From a virus, in the IMG/VR virus record IMGVR_UViG_3300008952_002707, positions 7,183 to 71,182 of that record: a DNA stretch of 64,000 nt. The stretch is one strand, 5' to 3'. Positions 19,805-28,963 of this stretch are shown piece after piece (position 1 is the first letter of the stretch; every line of letters begins with the position of its first letter). A model generated the notes under the pieces. The model searched no databases. It was not told where the DNA came from and was given only the letters and a program-made list of their open reading frames with translations. The translations under genes were made by a program, and so were the position numbers.

Positions 19805-20440
19805 ATGAAACATAACCCATATCAAGTAATCACGACTTTCGAGGAATTAATAGCCGAGTATTGCGGTGCACCCTATGCGGTAGCCGTAGACAACGCCACA
19901 AATGGCTTATTTTTATGCATGAAATACCTAGGTCTAGAAGACCAAGAGATAACAATTCCGGCTATTACCTTCATGTCGGTACCCTGTGCTATTATTCATG
20001 CGGGAAATAAGGTAAATTTTGACAAGAATCATCCGTCTATTGTTGATGGAAAGCGCCTTCGAGGGCAGTATAAGCTGGAGCCCTTCCCTATCTGGGACAG
20101 CGCGCTGACCTTTAGCAAGAATATGTATATACCTGGGCAATTCCAGTGCCTTTCGTTTAGTGGTCCCCATAAGTTTTTAAAGCTTGGAAAGGGCGGGATG
20201 ATTTTGACCGACAGCAAAGAGGCTTATGATTGGCTGAAACGCGCTGCCTATTTCGGACGTCGTCCCGTAGACCATAAAGTTGAGGAATTTGACATGCTTG
20301 GGTGGAATTATTATATGCTTCCCGAGATCGCCGCAAGGGGAGCTGTTTTGATGCTGGGCATAAAAGATGAAAATGAAGATCTGGAAATTGAATACCAAGA
20401 TCTATCTAAATATAAAGTATATACGGAGGGAAACCGATGA
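19805..20440 (+). CDS. Short DegT/DnrJ-family PLP protein
   Basis: FEELIAEY, VDNATNGL, TFMSV, WDSA, LSFSGPHKFLKLGKGG, GWNY; lacks the C-terminal domain. Confidence 0.8.
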   Translation: MKHNPYQVITTFEELIAEYCGAPYAVAVDNATNGLFLCMKYLGLEDQEITIPAITFMSVPCAIIHAGNKVNFDKNHPSIVDGKRLRGQYKLEPFPIWDSALTFSKNMYIPGQFQCLSFSGPHKFLKLGKGGMILTDSKEAYDWLKRAAYFGRRPVDHKVEEFDMLGWNYYMLPEIAARGAVLMLGIKDENEDLEIEYQDLSKYKVYTEGNR

Positions 20441-21828
20441 AAAAGGTTATTTTAATACAGCCCTATTATGAAAATATCTGGGAACCTATTGGGTTAGGGT
20501 TTATTGCGGGGTATCTGAAAAAGTACCACGAAGGAGAATTGGATCTACGATGTTATCAGGGAAACTTTGACACAGATGAAACTATTGTGGAAGCATGTAT
20601 AGGAGCTGATGTAGTTGGATTCTCCTGTACCTCTCCGGCGTGGCCGCATGCGCTGCGTTTGGCAGGGGAGATTAAAGAGGTTAGCCCCTCCACTCGAACT
20701 GTGTTCGGAGGGTGGCACCCGTCCGCGCTTCCACAGGAATGCGCAGCACACCCGTTTGTTGATCAGGTGGTAATTGGAGAAGGAGAAGAGATCTTTCTAG
20801 ACGTTGTTAACGGAAACACCGATCCCATCGTTCGGGGCACAAAGCCATCGATGCTCGATCTCCCATGGCCGGACCGCGAGATTATCAAAAACTATAGAAC
20901 AGTGGATCTATGTGAAACCATGAACGGAAAGAGAACAGCTTCCTTTCAATGCAATCGGGTGTGTCCCGTAGCTTGTGCGTTTTGCGCGGAGAGAGTAATA
21001 ACCGGAACACGGAACCGCCGTGATAACCCAATTCGCTCCCGTCCGGTCCCAGAACTGTGTGATGAAATTGAGCATGTTATTAAAGAACTAAATCTAAATT
21101 ATTTTAAGTTCGTCGATGCAACGTTTGATATCACCGCAGATTTTGTTATTGAGTTTTGCAAAGAAAAGATTAAGAGAGGCATCACAACAGAGTGGGAATG
21201 TCTTATCCATGCTACTTTTGCTAGTGAAGAGATGTTTAGGTGGCTTAAACTGGCACAATGCCATCAGGTTAATATTGGCGTTGAGACCGGAAGCCCACGA
21301 ATCCTGAGAGATATCAAAAAAGGACTCACGATTAAAAGTGTAAAGAATGTGTTTGCTTGGGCCAAGAAACATGGCGTCGAACGAAGGGGCTTCTTCCTCT
21401 TTGGTATGCCAAACGAAACCCGGGCAGATCTATTACTCACTGAAGAACTAATAGATGAGATCGACCCAGATGTCGTCGGGTTCACCATATTGTGCCCCTA
21501 TCCGGGAACCGACCTTTATAAGCCGGAGCTACATCAAAATGTAGATTGGGAAAAGGCTGATGAATATTCTAACGACTTTTGGTGCACTGAGCACTTCACC
21601 AATATCGAGTTGAAAGCGCAACAAGCCTATTTTAAAACCAAATATGATTTATTGCTTTGCGAACGCCAAGAGGATTCCTCACAAGGCGGAGGCTTCGGCG
21701 ACATGCGAGAACTAGAAAAACAGTCGACGTCCACCCCGATTGGAACAAGTGTTAAAAATGTTAAAATGCCAGCACCTCAACCGACCGTAGTACAGCTTGA
21801 GCGCTCCAAGACAACGACCGAAACTTAA
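20437..21828 (+). CDS. Cobalamin-binding radical SAM protein (class B methyltransferase-like)
   Basis: PIGLGFIA, FGGWHPS, GEGE, CPVACAFC (CxxxCxxC), GVETGS, PYPGT. Confidence 0.9.
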   Translation: MKKVILIQPYYENIWEPIGLGFIAGYLKKYHEGELDLRCYQGNFDTDETIVEACIGADVVGFSCTSPAWPHALRLAGEIKEVSPSTRTVFGGWHPSALPQECAAHPFVDQVVIGEGEEIFLDVVNGNTDPIVRGTKPSMLDLPWPDREIIKNYRTVDLCETMNGKRTASFQCNRVCPVACAFCAERVITGTRNRRDNPIRSRPVPELCDEIEHVIKELNLNYFKFVDATFDITADFVIEFCKEKIKRGITTEWECLIHATFASEEMFRWLKLAQCHQVNIGVETGSPRILRDIKKGLTIKSVKNVFAWAKKHGVERRGFFLFGMPNETRADLLLTEELIDEIDPDVVGFTILCPYPGTDLYKPELHQNVDWEKADEYSNDFWCTEHFTNIELKAQQAYFKTKYDLLLCERQEDSSQGGGFGDMRELEKQSTSTPIGTSVKNVKMPAPQPTVVQLERSKTTTET

Positions 21829-21829
21829 T

Positions 21830-22789
21830 ATGATGAACTTGCTTGTAACAGGTGGCTGCGGCTTCATCGGATCCAATTTCATAAAAATGGTGCTCGATGA
21901 GTCTCATCGCGATTTGGTATCCAAGGTAGTTAATTTGGATGCTTTAACGTATGCTGGCGATCTAGAGAATACTAAAGATTTTCATGCTGACGACAAATAT
22001 GTGTTCGAAGAGGTAAACTTATGCAACCCCGCCGCGTTACTAAGGGTATTCGTGGAGCACGGTATAACTCATGTGGTACACCTTGCAGCAGAAAGTCATG
22101 TGGATAATTCTATTTTAGATCCTAGCGCCTTTGTAGACAGTAATATTTTAGGAACGTTTAATCTTTTAAAGATTGCGCGACAACTAAAAGTTGAGAGGTT
22201 CCATCACGTGTCAACTGATGAAGTGTACGGAGAGCTAGGAGAAACAGGCAAGTTTGATGAGAACACAGCATACGACCCTCGAAATCCATACTCTGCGTCC
22301 AAGGCAGCGTCAGATTTTCTAGTGATGTCTTATTTTCATACTTATAAACTGCCTGTCACAATCTCTAACTGCTCAAACAACTACGGACCTCATCAGCATG
22401 ATGAAAAATTTATTCCCACTGTGATTCGTTCTTTGACAAACAAAAAGAAGATCCCTTTATATGGCGCGGGACTGAATGTCCGTGACTGGATTTATGTAGG
22501 AGATCATTGTGAGGGCATCTGGAAGGTATTGGAAGATGGCGTTCTAGGGGAGACATACTGTATTGGGTCTAATTGCGAAAAACGTAATGTTGAGGTCATC
22601 GACACCATCTGTACATCGATGGGCGTTGTCCCGTCTGAATGGGTAGAACACGTTGAAGACCGCTTAAGTCATGATTATCGTTACGCTATCGACAATAAAA
22701 AAATTAAAGAAGATTTGAATTGGTCCCCTAGAGTCACCTTCGAAGAGGGTATACAGAAAACGATTGATTGGTATAATGAAAAGTATTAA
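21830..22789 (+). CDS. rmlB: dTDP-glucose 4,6-dehydratase
   Basis: VTGGCGFIGS, LDALTYAG, HLAAESHVD, VSTDEVYG, YSASK, NCSNNYGP, HDYRY; ATG at 21830. Confidence 0.95.
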   Translation: MMNLLVTGGCGFIGSNFIKMVLDESHRDLVSKVVNLDALTYAGDLENTKDFHADDKYVFEEVNLCNPAALLRVFVEHGITHVVHLAAESHVDNSILDPSAFVDSNILGTFNLLKIARQLKVERFHHVSTDEVYGELGETGKFDENTAYDPRNPYSASKAASDFLVMSYFHTYKLPVTISNCSNNYGPHQHDEKFIPTVIRSLTNKKKIPLYGAGLNVRDWIYVGDHCEGIWKVLEDGVLGETYCIGSNCEKRNVEVIDTICTSMGVVPSEWVEHVEDRLSHDYRYAIDNKKIKEDLNWSPRVTFEEGIQKTIDWYNEKY

Positions 22790-23498
22790 AGGAATTATTT
22801 TAGCCGGCGGACAAGGTACGCGACTCTACCCTCTCACTAAAGTTACTAACAAACACTTGCTTCCCATCGCAGGGGAGCCAATGATTTATTATCCCTTGCG
22901 AAAACTGACCGAAGCCGGCGTCAAAGATATTATGGTGGTCACAGGTGTTGATCACGCCACCGGGATTACGTCTCTACTGGGCTCTGGGAAAGATCACAAC
23001 TGTTCCCTCACCTATAAGGTTCAAGACGAACCTGACGGCATTGCCGGAGCCCTGAGGCTGTGTCGTAATTTCGTAGGAGATTCATCTTGCGTGGTCCTCC
23101 TGGGGGACAATATTTTTAAGGATAATTTAAAAGAAGAGGTGGCATCCTTCTTACAGGGCGACGAAGATTGCCGGCTCTTCTTTAAGCGAGTCGCAGATCC
23201 TCGCCGCTACGGTGTGGGGACCTTTGTAGAAGACAAACTAGTGGAGTTGAATGAAAAGCCTGAAAAGCCCGAGAGCAATTTGGCTTGTGTTGGTATCTAC
23301 TTTTATTCTAATAAAGTTTTTGACGCCATTGAACAAGTGGAGCGCTCCGATCGCGGAGAGTATGAGATAACCAGCGTTAATAATACCTTTATTGACAAGG
23401 ATAGTTGTAGCTGGGCAACCCTCGAAGATGTCTGGTCTGACGCAGGAACCATGGACTCCTATCATACCACTAATTGGTTAATGTATAAGGAGAAATAA
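22776..23498 (+). CDS. rmlA: Glucose-1-phosphate thymidylyltransferase
   Basis: GIILAGGQGTRLYPLT...NKHLLP, LGDN, EKP, RGEYEIT, DAGT. Confidence 0.93.
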   Translation: MKSIKGIILAGGQGTRLYPLTKVTNKHLLPIAGEPMIYYPLRKLTEAGVKDIMVVTGVDHATGITSLLGSGKDHNCSLTYKVQDEPDGIAGALRLCRNFVGDSSCVVLLGDNIFKDNLKEEVASFLQGDEDCRLFFKRVADPRRYGVGTFVEDKLVELNEKPEKPESNLACVGIYFYSNKVFDAIEQVERSDRGEYEITSVNNTFIDKDSCSWATLEDVWSDAGTMDSYHTTNWLMYKEK

Positions 23499-24206
23499 AT
23501 GAAGTTGCTGCTGACTACTAGAGCAGATAATACTAGCTGGGAGTGGGCCAAACTTGTCCACCCGCTATTCCAACAATATGCGCACCGAATCGGAGCAGAC
23601 TTTCTTGTACTTGACGAAGCCACCGACGCCAAAGATGCTACCGGAGGAATCGGCAACGGAGTGTATCAGTACCGAATCCTGAAGCACTATGATTTACACG
23701 AGCACTATGATCGGATTATAGCTTTGGATACTGACATGATCCTGATGCCATCACTACCCAATCTATTTGACGTTGTCCCCTATGACAGTGTAGGTTCGAT
23801 TTACGAAGACATAGGTACCCGCGCCCCACAACGCCACCAGTGCATGCTTGCCGCGCAGCAACAATTTGGAGAGATCGGATGGACGTCTGGATATATTAAT
23901 ACGGGGGTGTTTGTTACTTCTAAGTGCCATCGGGATATCTATCGTAAAATTAATGATCAATATTTCGTTGCATGGGGAACAGATGATATTCATATTGGGT
24001 ACCTCATAAATAAGTATGGGTATAAGGTTCACGAACTTTCCTATCAGTTTAATCACATGACGATGTATTCTGAAAGCTGGAACGACTCACCCAACCGCTT
24101 TGACTCACACATTATTCACTATGCGGGTAGAGGAGTGTTCGATGAGGGCGCAGCCCGCAATAAGATGCACCAAGCTCAATTGGATTACGAAAGAGTATAC
24201 GGATGA
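23499..24206 (+). CDS. GT-A glycosyltransferase (GT8-like)
   Basis: ALDTD (DxD), YINTGVFV, IIHYAG. Confidence 0.75.
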   Translation: MKLLLTTRADNTSWEWAKLVHPLFQQYAHRIGADFLVLDEATDAKDATGGIGNGVYQYRILKHYDLHEHYDRIIALDTDMILMPSLPNLFDVVPYDSVGSIYEDIGTRAPQRHQCMLAAQQQFGEIGWTSGYINTGVFVTSKCHRDIYRKINDQYFVAWGTDDIHIGYLINKYGYKVHELSYQFNHMTMYSESWNDSPNRFDSHIIHYAGRGVFDEGAARNKMHQAQLDYERVYG

Positions 24207-25015
24207 AAAAGCTGATCGCCGGTCCGTGGGTAGGTGAGTTCGGCTGGGAGCTATTTGCATGGCAGGCGTACGTGCGTGCCTTATCTCGCAATTTTGACCA
24301 CACTACTATAATCTCTCGTCCGGGCTCTGAAGCACTATACTCAGACTTCAGTGACCAATTTGTCGGACACATGCCCGACGGCGGACTCACAGATTCCTTT
24401 TTCATGCACAATCTAGATTTTGTACAGGAATTAAAAAAAGTGATAATGGGAAACCAGATTCGAATGGATAAAGAGACAACCCTCTTTGTCCCTAAACGGC
24501 TAGGATTCCCTCCCTACACTCATTATGAGCAGTACCTAATGATAGGGGACTATATGATTGCCCCAGAATACGTTGCATATGGGAAGAAAGCTCCGCGGAA
24601 GTATGATTATATTTTTCATGCTCGCGATCGCAAACTTAGAGAAGAAGACAATTGGTCTCTAGAAAACTGGAGCGAGTTAAAAAGATTACTAGGGGACAAA
24701 CGGATTGCATGTATCGGGACTAAAGCGGAATCTGCCTTAATCGAGGGCACCGACGATCTGCGTGATATCCCCTTAGGAGACCTCTTCGATACACTTCATA
24801 ACGCCGAGTGTGCATTTGGTCCCTCCTCCGGTCCGATGCATTTAGTCAGTTTATGCGCGCTCCCTCATGTTGTTTGGTCCATCCCAAATAATAAAATCCG
24901 GTACGAGCTAAACTGGAACCCTCTACAGACTCCTGTGCTATTTGATAGCAGTAGCGACTGGCACCCCACGGCAACAACCATTTACGAACAATTTATAGAC
25001 TGGAGCACTAGCTGA
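24203..25015 (+). CDS. GT9-like (heptosyltransferase-like) glycosyltransferase
   Basis: GEFGWEL, NW, DLR, FGPSSGPMHL resemble the GT9 DSGPMH motif. Confidence 0.65.
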   Translation: MKKLIAGPWVGEFGWELFAWQAYVRALSRNFDHTTIISRPGSEALYSDFSDQFVGHMPDGGLTDSFFMHNLDFVQELKKVIMGNQIRMDKETTLFVPKRLGFPPYTHYEQYLMIGDYMIAPEYVAYGKKAPRKYDYIFHARDRKLREEDNWSLENWSELKRLLGDKRIACIGTKAESALIEGTDDLRDIPLGDLFDTLHNAECAFGPSSGPMHLVSLCALPHVVWSIPNNKIRYELNWNPLQTPVLFDSSSDWHPTATTIYEQFIDWSTS

Positions 25016-25016
25016 A

Positions 25017-25880
25017 ATGACTAAAAAGATTTTAGTTACCGGCGGAGCTGGCTTTGTGGGCTCTAGGCTTATTCAAGAGCTGGTGAAGCTTGAAGGAGTT
25101 GAGGTTTATTCTCTGGATAATTATTTTACAGGAGTAAGAGAAAACCATGTTGCTGGCGCCACCTACATTGAGGGGGATTGCCGAAATATCGGGACTCATA
25201 TTGAGTTCTCGCCTGATATTATTTATCATTTTGGTGAATACTCCCGAGTTTCGACAAGCTTCGATGACTATGAGCTAGTGTGGGAATATAATGTAGTGGG
25301 AACGCGAAGTGTGATAGAGTTCTGTAAGCAAAATAAGTCCAAGTTAATATATTCGGCGTCCAGTACCAAGTTTGGAGACGATGGGAAAAACAAAGATTGC
25401 TCCCCGTATGCGTTCCATAAATCCCAAAACACAGAACTAATCAATAATTATGGTGAATGGTTCGGGTTGGATTATGTGATATGCTACTTTTATAATGTGT
25501 ATGGCGCCGGACAGATCAGTGTCGGAAAATATGCTACCGTCGTAGGGATATTTGAACGCCAGTATTTAGCTAAAGAGCCACAATCAATTGTCTTCCCGGG
25601 AACTCAAACTCGAAACTTTACTCATATTGAAGATGTGGTCTCAGCACTAGTACTATTGAAGGGACCTTCATCGGGTGATGGATACTGTATTGGAACCGAC
25701 AAGAGCCACATGATCGTGGAAGTTGCTAAAATGTTTAGTGAAGATGTAGTATACTTAGATAAACGCGTCGGAGAGCGTTATACTACCTCGATCGACTTGA
25801 CCAAAATGAATAAGTTGGGCTGGAAGGCCACAATAGAGTTAGAAAAATATATTGCAGATTTTAAGGAGAATAACAAATGA
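25017..25880 (+). CDS. NAD-dependent nucleotide-sugar epimerase/dehydratase
   Basis: VTGGAGFVG, LDNYFTG, YSASS, YAFHK, FYNVYG, RNFTHIED. Confidence 0.88.
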   Translation: MTKKILVTGGAGFVGSRLIQELVKLEGVEVYSLDNYFTGVRENHVAGATYIEGDCRNIGTHIEFSPDIIYHFGEYSRVSTSFDDYELVWEYNVVGTRSVIEFCKQNKSKLIYSASSTKFGDDGKNKDCSPYAFHKSQNTELINNYGEWFGLDYVICYFYNVYGAGQISVGKYATVVGIFERQYLAKEPQSIVFPGTQTRNFTHIEDVVSALVLLKGPSSGDGYCIGTDKSHMIVEVAKMFSEDVVYLDKRVGERYTTSIDLTKMNKLGWKATIELEKYIADFKENNK

Positions 25881-26104
25881 ATTTAAGCAATCAAGCAGTG
25901 GGAGCCCTGATGATGGCTCTACAAAAATCTTTAATGGAACAGAGCGATATCGTGCCGGTTCTATTAGAGATGGATTTTGTGCAAACAGAAGACGGGGAAC
26001 TACAGGTAACGAATCCGCCCGTTGTATCGCTACAGGGTGTTGAAAATACCTCGGAAGACACTTTAAGCAACGAAGATACGACGGTCTTAATCCCGGAAGA
26101 CTAA
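25877..26104 (+). CDS. Hypothetical protein
   Basis: AAGGAG Shine-Dalgarno upstream; ATGA-type overlap with the previous gene. Confidence 0.7.
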   Translation: MNLSNQAVGALMMALQKSLMEQSDIVPVLLEMDFVQTEDGELQVTNPPVVSLQGVENTSEDTLSNEDTTVLIPED

Positions 26105-26362
26105 GTGCCCAGATACCAATATAAGTGTTCAGCCTGTGAATTATTAACTACAATTAATCACTTATCGACTGAAACCAGGACGGAGTGCCCGCATTGTTTC
26201 ACAGAAAATACGCTTATTAAAATGCTTACAAGTTTTACGACTGCCCCAAAAAGCACAGTATCAACACCTCAAAAAACGGGAGATTTGACCGAGGATCAAA
26301 TTAAAGAATCTCGCGAGGACCTTGCGCGTCAAAAAGAAGAGCTAAGTAAGAAAAGAAAATGA
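26105..26362 (+). CDS. FmdB-family zinc-ribbon protein
   Basis: (M)PRYQYKCSAC...CPHC. Confidence 0.8.
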   Translation: MPRYQYKCSACELLTTINHLSTETRTECPHCFTENTLIKMLTSFTTAPKSTVSTPQKTGDLTEDQIKESREDLARQKEELSKKRK

Positions 26363-26673
26363 CATTTTATATATTAGTTGCATGCTCGGCAGTATTAAAT
26401 TTCCTATTGATTTGGTACCTGAGCCGCCTTTTGAGAAAATTTTATTTTATATCTGAAAATTTAGCGGATTTGTATCTGACTTTGCGGTCATTTCAAATAT
26501 TTACCACGAACATGTATAGTATGGATTCCTATCATGGTGAGCCAATGATTCAAGAACTGGTTTATAGAATCAAAGAAACCAATGTCGAGATGGAAGAATT
26601 TCGAGAGATTTTTGAATTTACCCTTGACGAAGAACTAGAGGAAGAACTTAATGCCACCGAAGAAGAAACGTAA
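26359..26673 (+). CDS. Membrane-anchored hypothetical protein
   Basis: N-terminal hydrophobic helix, acidic tail. Confidence 0.65.
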   Translation: MTFYILVACSAVLNFLLIWYLSRLLRKFYFISENLADLYLTLRSFQIFTTNMYSMDSYHGEPMIQELVYRIKETNVEMEEFREIFEFTLDEELEEELNATEEET

Positions 26674-27349
26674 AAAAAGTACTAAAAATCATTACTTTAC
26701 AAGTGTTCATGAAGACGCAATAATAAAATACGCCAGGTCAGAGGACCGCGAATTGAGGGCAAAACTGTACGAAGAGTACATTCAACCTGCTCTGGACCAA
26801 ATGGTTGATAAGATTATCTATACCTATCGATTTACAACGTTGCCAAATATTGATTATTTAAAAGCCGATTGTAAAGTTTGGCTTACTACCATTTTAAATA
26901 AGTATGATCCTTCTAAAGGTTCGAAGGCATTTTCATATTTCTCTGTGGTGACTAAAAATTGGTTTATCCATAAAGTCAAAAGGACCCAAAAGCGTAATCG
27001 CACAGAAGTCTTTATGGAAGACATTCTTAATGAACTAGACGAAGACTTAGTTTCACGCGAACCAACATATGTCCAGAAGAGGACCGAAATGGAGTTCTGG
27101 TCGTCTCTCAACACCGAGATAGACACGTGGGATGCGTTTATGCTCAAAGAAAACGAGAAAAAAGTCTTAATGGCTGTTCGTATTCTATTAGATTCTGCCG
27201 ACACTATAGAAATTTTTAATAAAAAAGCTATTTATTTATACCTGCGAGAGATCACAGGACTTAACACAAAACAGGTTGTTAACAATCTAAATAAGTTAAG
27301 AAAAAGATATAAGGTGTTTAAAGGCAAATGGCAAAGCGGCGAAATTTAA
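26651..27349 (+). CDS. Phage RNA polymerase sigma factor (gp55/sigma70 region 2-like, likely late)
   Basis: KYDPSKGSKAFSYFSVVTKNWFI region-2 motif; C-terminal HTH-like LREITGLNTKQV; lies ahead of the virion module. Confidence 0.75.
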   Translation: MPPKKKRKKSTKNHYFTSVHEDAIIKYARSEDRELRAKLYEEYIQPALDQMVDKIIYTYRFTTLPNIDYLKADCKVWLTTILNKYDPSKGSKAFSYFSVVTKNWFIHKVKRTQKRNRTEVFMEDILNELDEDLVSREPTYVQKRTEMEFWSSLNTEIDTWDAFMLKENEKKVLMAVRILLDSADTIEIFNKKAIYLYLREITGLNTKQVVNNLNKLRKRYKVFKGKWQSGEI

Positions 27350-27639
27350 GTTTAGATGAGTACGTCGAAGAGACGACCAAAAACATCCGCGAAGACCGCG
27401 CGATGGCAAAGACCCTCCTCATCGATGTGATGACGGACATGGCAGGCTCCTCCACGGATAGGAGAGAGATGGGTCCTATTGCTGCTAAGTTCGTAGAAAA
27501 CCTCCAAAGATCCAACGAACAGATGGTGAAACTCGCTTCAATCCTACAGAGACAAAAAGTAACAAACATTGGCTTGTCCGAAGATGACAAAGATCAACTC
27601 TTCGATTTGCTAAATGAGGATTTGACCGGTGACAAGTGA
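27328..27639 (+). CDS. Hypothetical helical protein
   Basis: Intact ORF overlapping both neighbours. Confidence 0.65.
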   Translation: MAKRRNLSLDEYVEETTKNIREDRAMAKTLLIDVMTDMAGSSTDRREMGPIAAKFVENLQRSNEQMVKLASILQRQKVTNIGLSEDDKDQLFDLLNEDLTGDK

Positions 27640-28921
27640 TCCAAATAAGCTTAAGTTCTCCGATCTAGGATTTGGGTTTTTAAATAATTGTAGCGACCAG
27701 GGAGCCGGCAATTCTGTAGACCGCCGGCGCTCGAATGGCACAGATTATCTTAAGGCAGCAATTCAGAAGACCTACCAACCGAGCGCCATGTCCGGCGTCG
27801 GCAATACAATGACTGGGATTGTAATGCATTGCTCTCAAAAAAAGCCAGGTGCAGCCAGAACCAAAGAAGATATCTTAAGTGCATATGCTCGTACTGGAAT
27901 GCAGCGCGCTTGGGACAAAGTAAAGAGCTGGACTAGCGACGGTTTAGTAAATGTGTATAAAGTATACATACCCGAGATTGAGTGTCGACCAGCTCCTCTT
28001 TCTTTTGAAGACCCGGTTGTCTTTACCTATTATGACGTTTACCAAGCCACCGGACTCGACGCCAAAGATCCCATACCCCTTGGGTCTGTAGTTCACGTTG
28101 AATTCGAGAACCTTGTTAATTTTAAAAATCCGACCATCGTTTGGTGTAGTGAAGAGCCGGTCGCCTTTGAGGGAGAAGGCGGCGCCAGCTCCCCAGGCGG
28201 CGGAGAAGGCGGGTCCGCACCAGCTCGAAACGGTGGAAAGACGGCGCCAGCACCACTGGGCGGTTGGGCAAAGGATGCCAACGACCCGGGCAACTGCCCA
28301 TGGTCGAACCACAAAAGACAAAGGACGGACACGTGGCAATCATCAGACCCGAGATACTCGAAGTGGAATGGTACAGTGATTTCGAATGGGTCCTTAGAAG
28401 ATACAGGCATGCTAGCCACCGATTCTGCTTCTGGCGTCCAAGCACTGCCCCCGGTTATGGAAGATTTTTTAAAACTCGCAGACGCGTACAAAGTGAAATT
28501 TGGTAAACAACTAAAAGGTTCTGGCTATCGGACGTATGCGAGCCAGGTCCGCGTCCGGATGCTTCGAGCTGGCCCGGGACATAATTGCGGTCAGGGATCT
28601 GAGCGCGCCGGCGCAACCGGACGCAAGATCGGAAAGGCTGCAACCCCTGGAACATCAAATCATGGCTGGGGAGCAGCAATTGATTTAGTCAGATCAGACT
28701 GGACAAAAGGCAGAGGGGATAGATCCCCAGAGTTTCGGTGGCTTAATAAGTTTGCGGCAGACTATAACTTTGTTTTTAATGTCACGAACGAACACTGGCA
28801 TATTACCTGGAAGAATATCAAATCTGTATTACCTGGGATGAACGCACCGGGCAGACCTTGGAACTCATCCGGTCTTGCTGATGCCAGTATTGACTTAACA
28901 ACACCTCATGTATATACATAA
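27629..28921 (+). CDS. Baseplate hub-associated peptidoglycan hydrolase with C-terminal M15B (VanY-like) peptidase
   Basis: SGYRTYASQ, PGTSNHGWGAAID, WLNKFA, EHWH; N-terminal OB-like VYIPE...GSVVHVEF; Gly-rich linker. Confidence 0.78.
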   Translation: MTSDPNKLKFSDLGFGFLNNCSDQGAGNSVDRRRSNGTDYLKAAIQKTYQPSAMSGVGNTMTGIVMHCSQKKPGAARTKEDILSAYARTGMQRAWDKVKSWTSDGLVNVYKVYIPEIECRPAPLSFEDPVVFTYYDVYQATGLDAKDPIPLGSVVHVEFENLVNFKNPTIVWCSEEPVAFEGEGGASSPGGGEGGSAPARNGGKTAPAPLGGWAKDANDPGNCPWSNHKRQRTDTWQSSDPRYSKWNGTVISNGSLEDTGMLATDSASGVQALPPVMEDFLKLADAYKVKFGKQLKGSGYRTYASQVRVRMLRAGPGHNCGQGSERAGATGRKIGKAATPGTSNHGWGAAIDLVRSDWTKGRGDRSPEFRWLNKFAADYNFVFNVTNEHWHITWKNIKSVLPGMNAPGRPWNSSGLADASIDLTTPHVYT

Positions 28922-28963
28922 GTCGTTACATTGGCGTATAAGTGAGAATGGAGAAAATAACAA

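Noticed and set aside
2999-25880. Bacterial O-antigen/capsule locus or host-phage chimera
   Set aside because: No flippase, polymerase or initiating transferase; the block is continuous with phage genes on both sides, with the same strand and packing.
28922-28963. tRNA, ncRNA or terminators in intergenic gaps
   Set aside because: Gaps throughout the window are under about 70 nt; no cloverleaf or convincing hairpin plus U-tract was seen.
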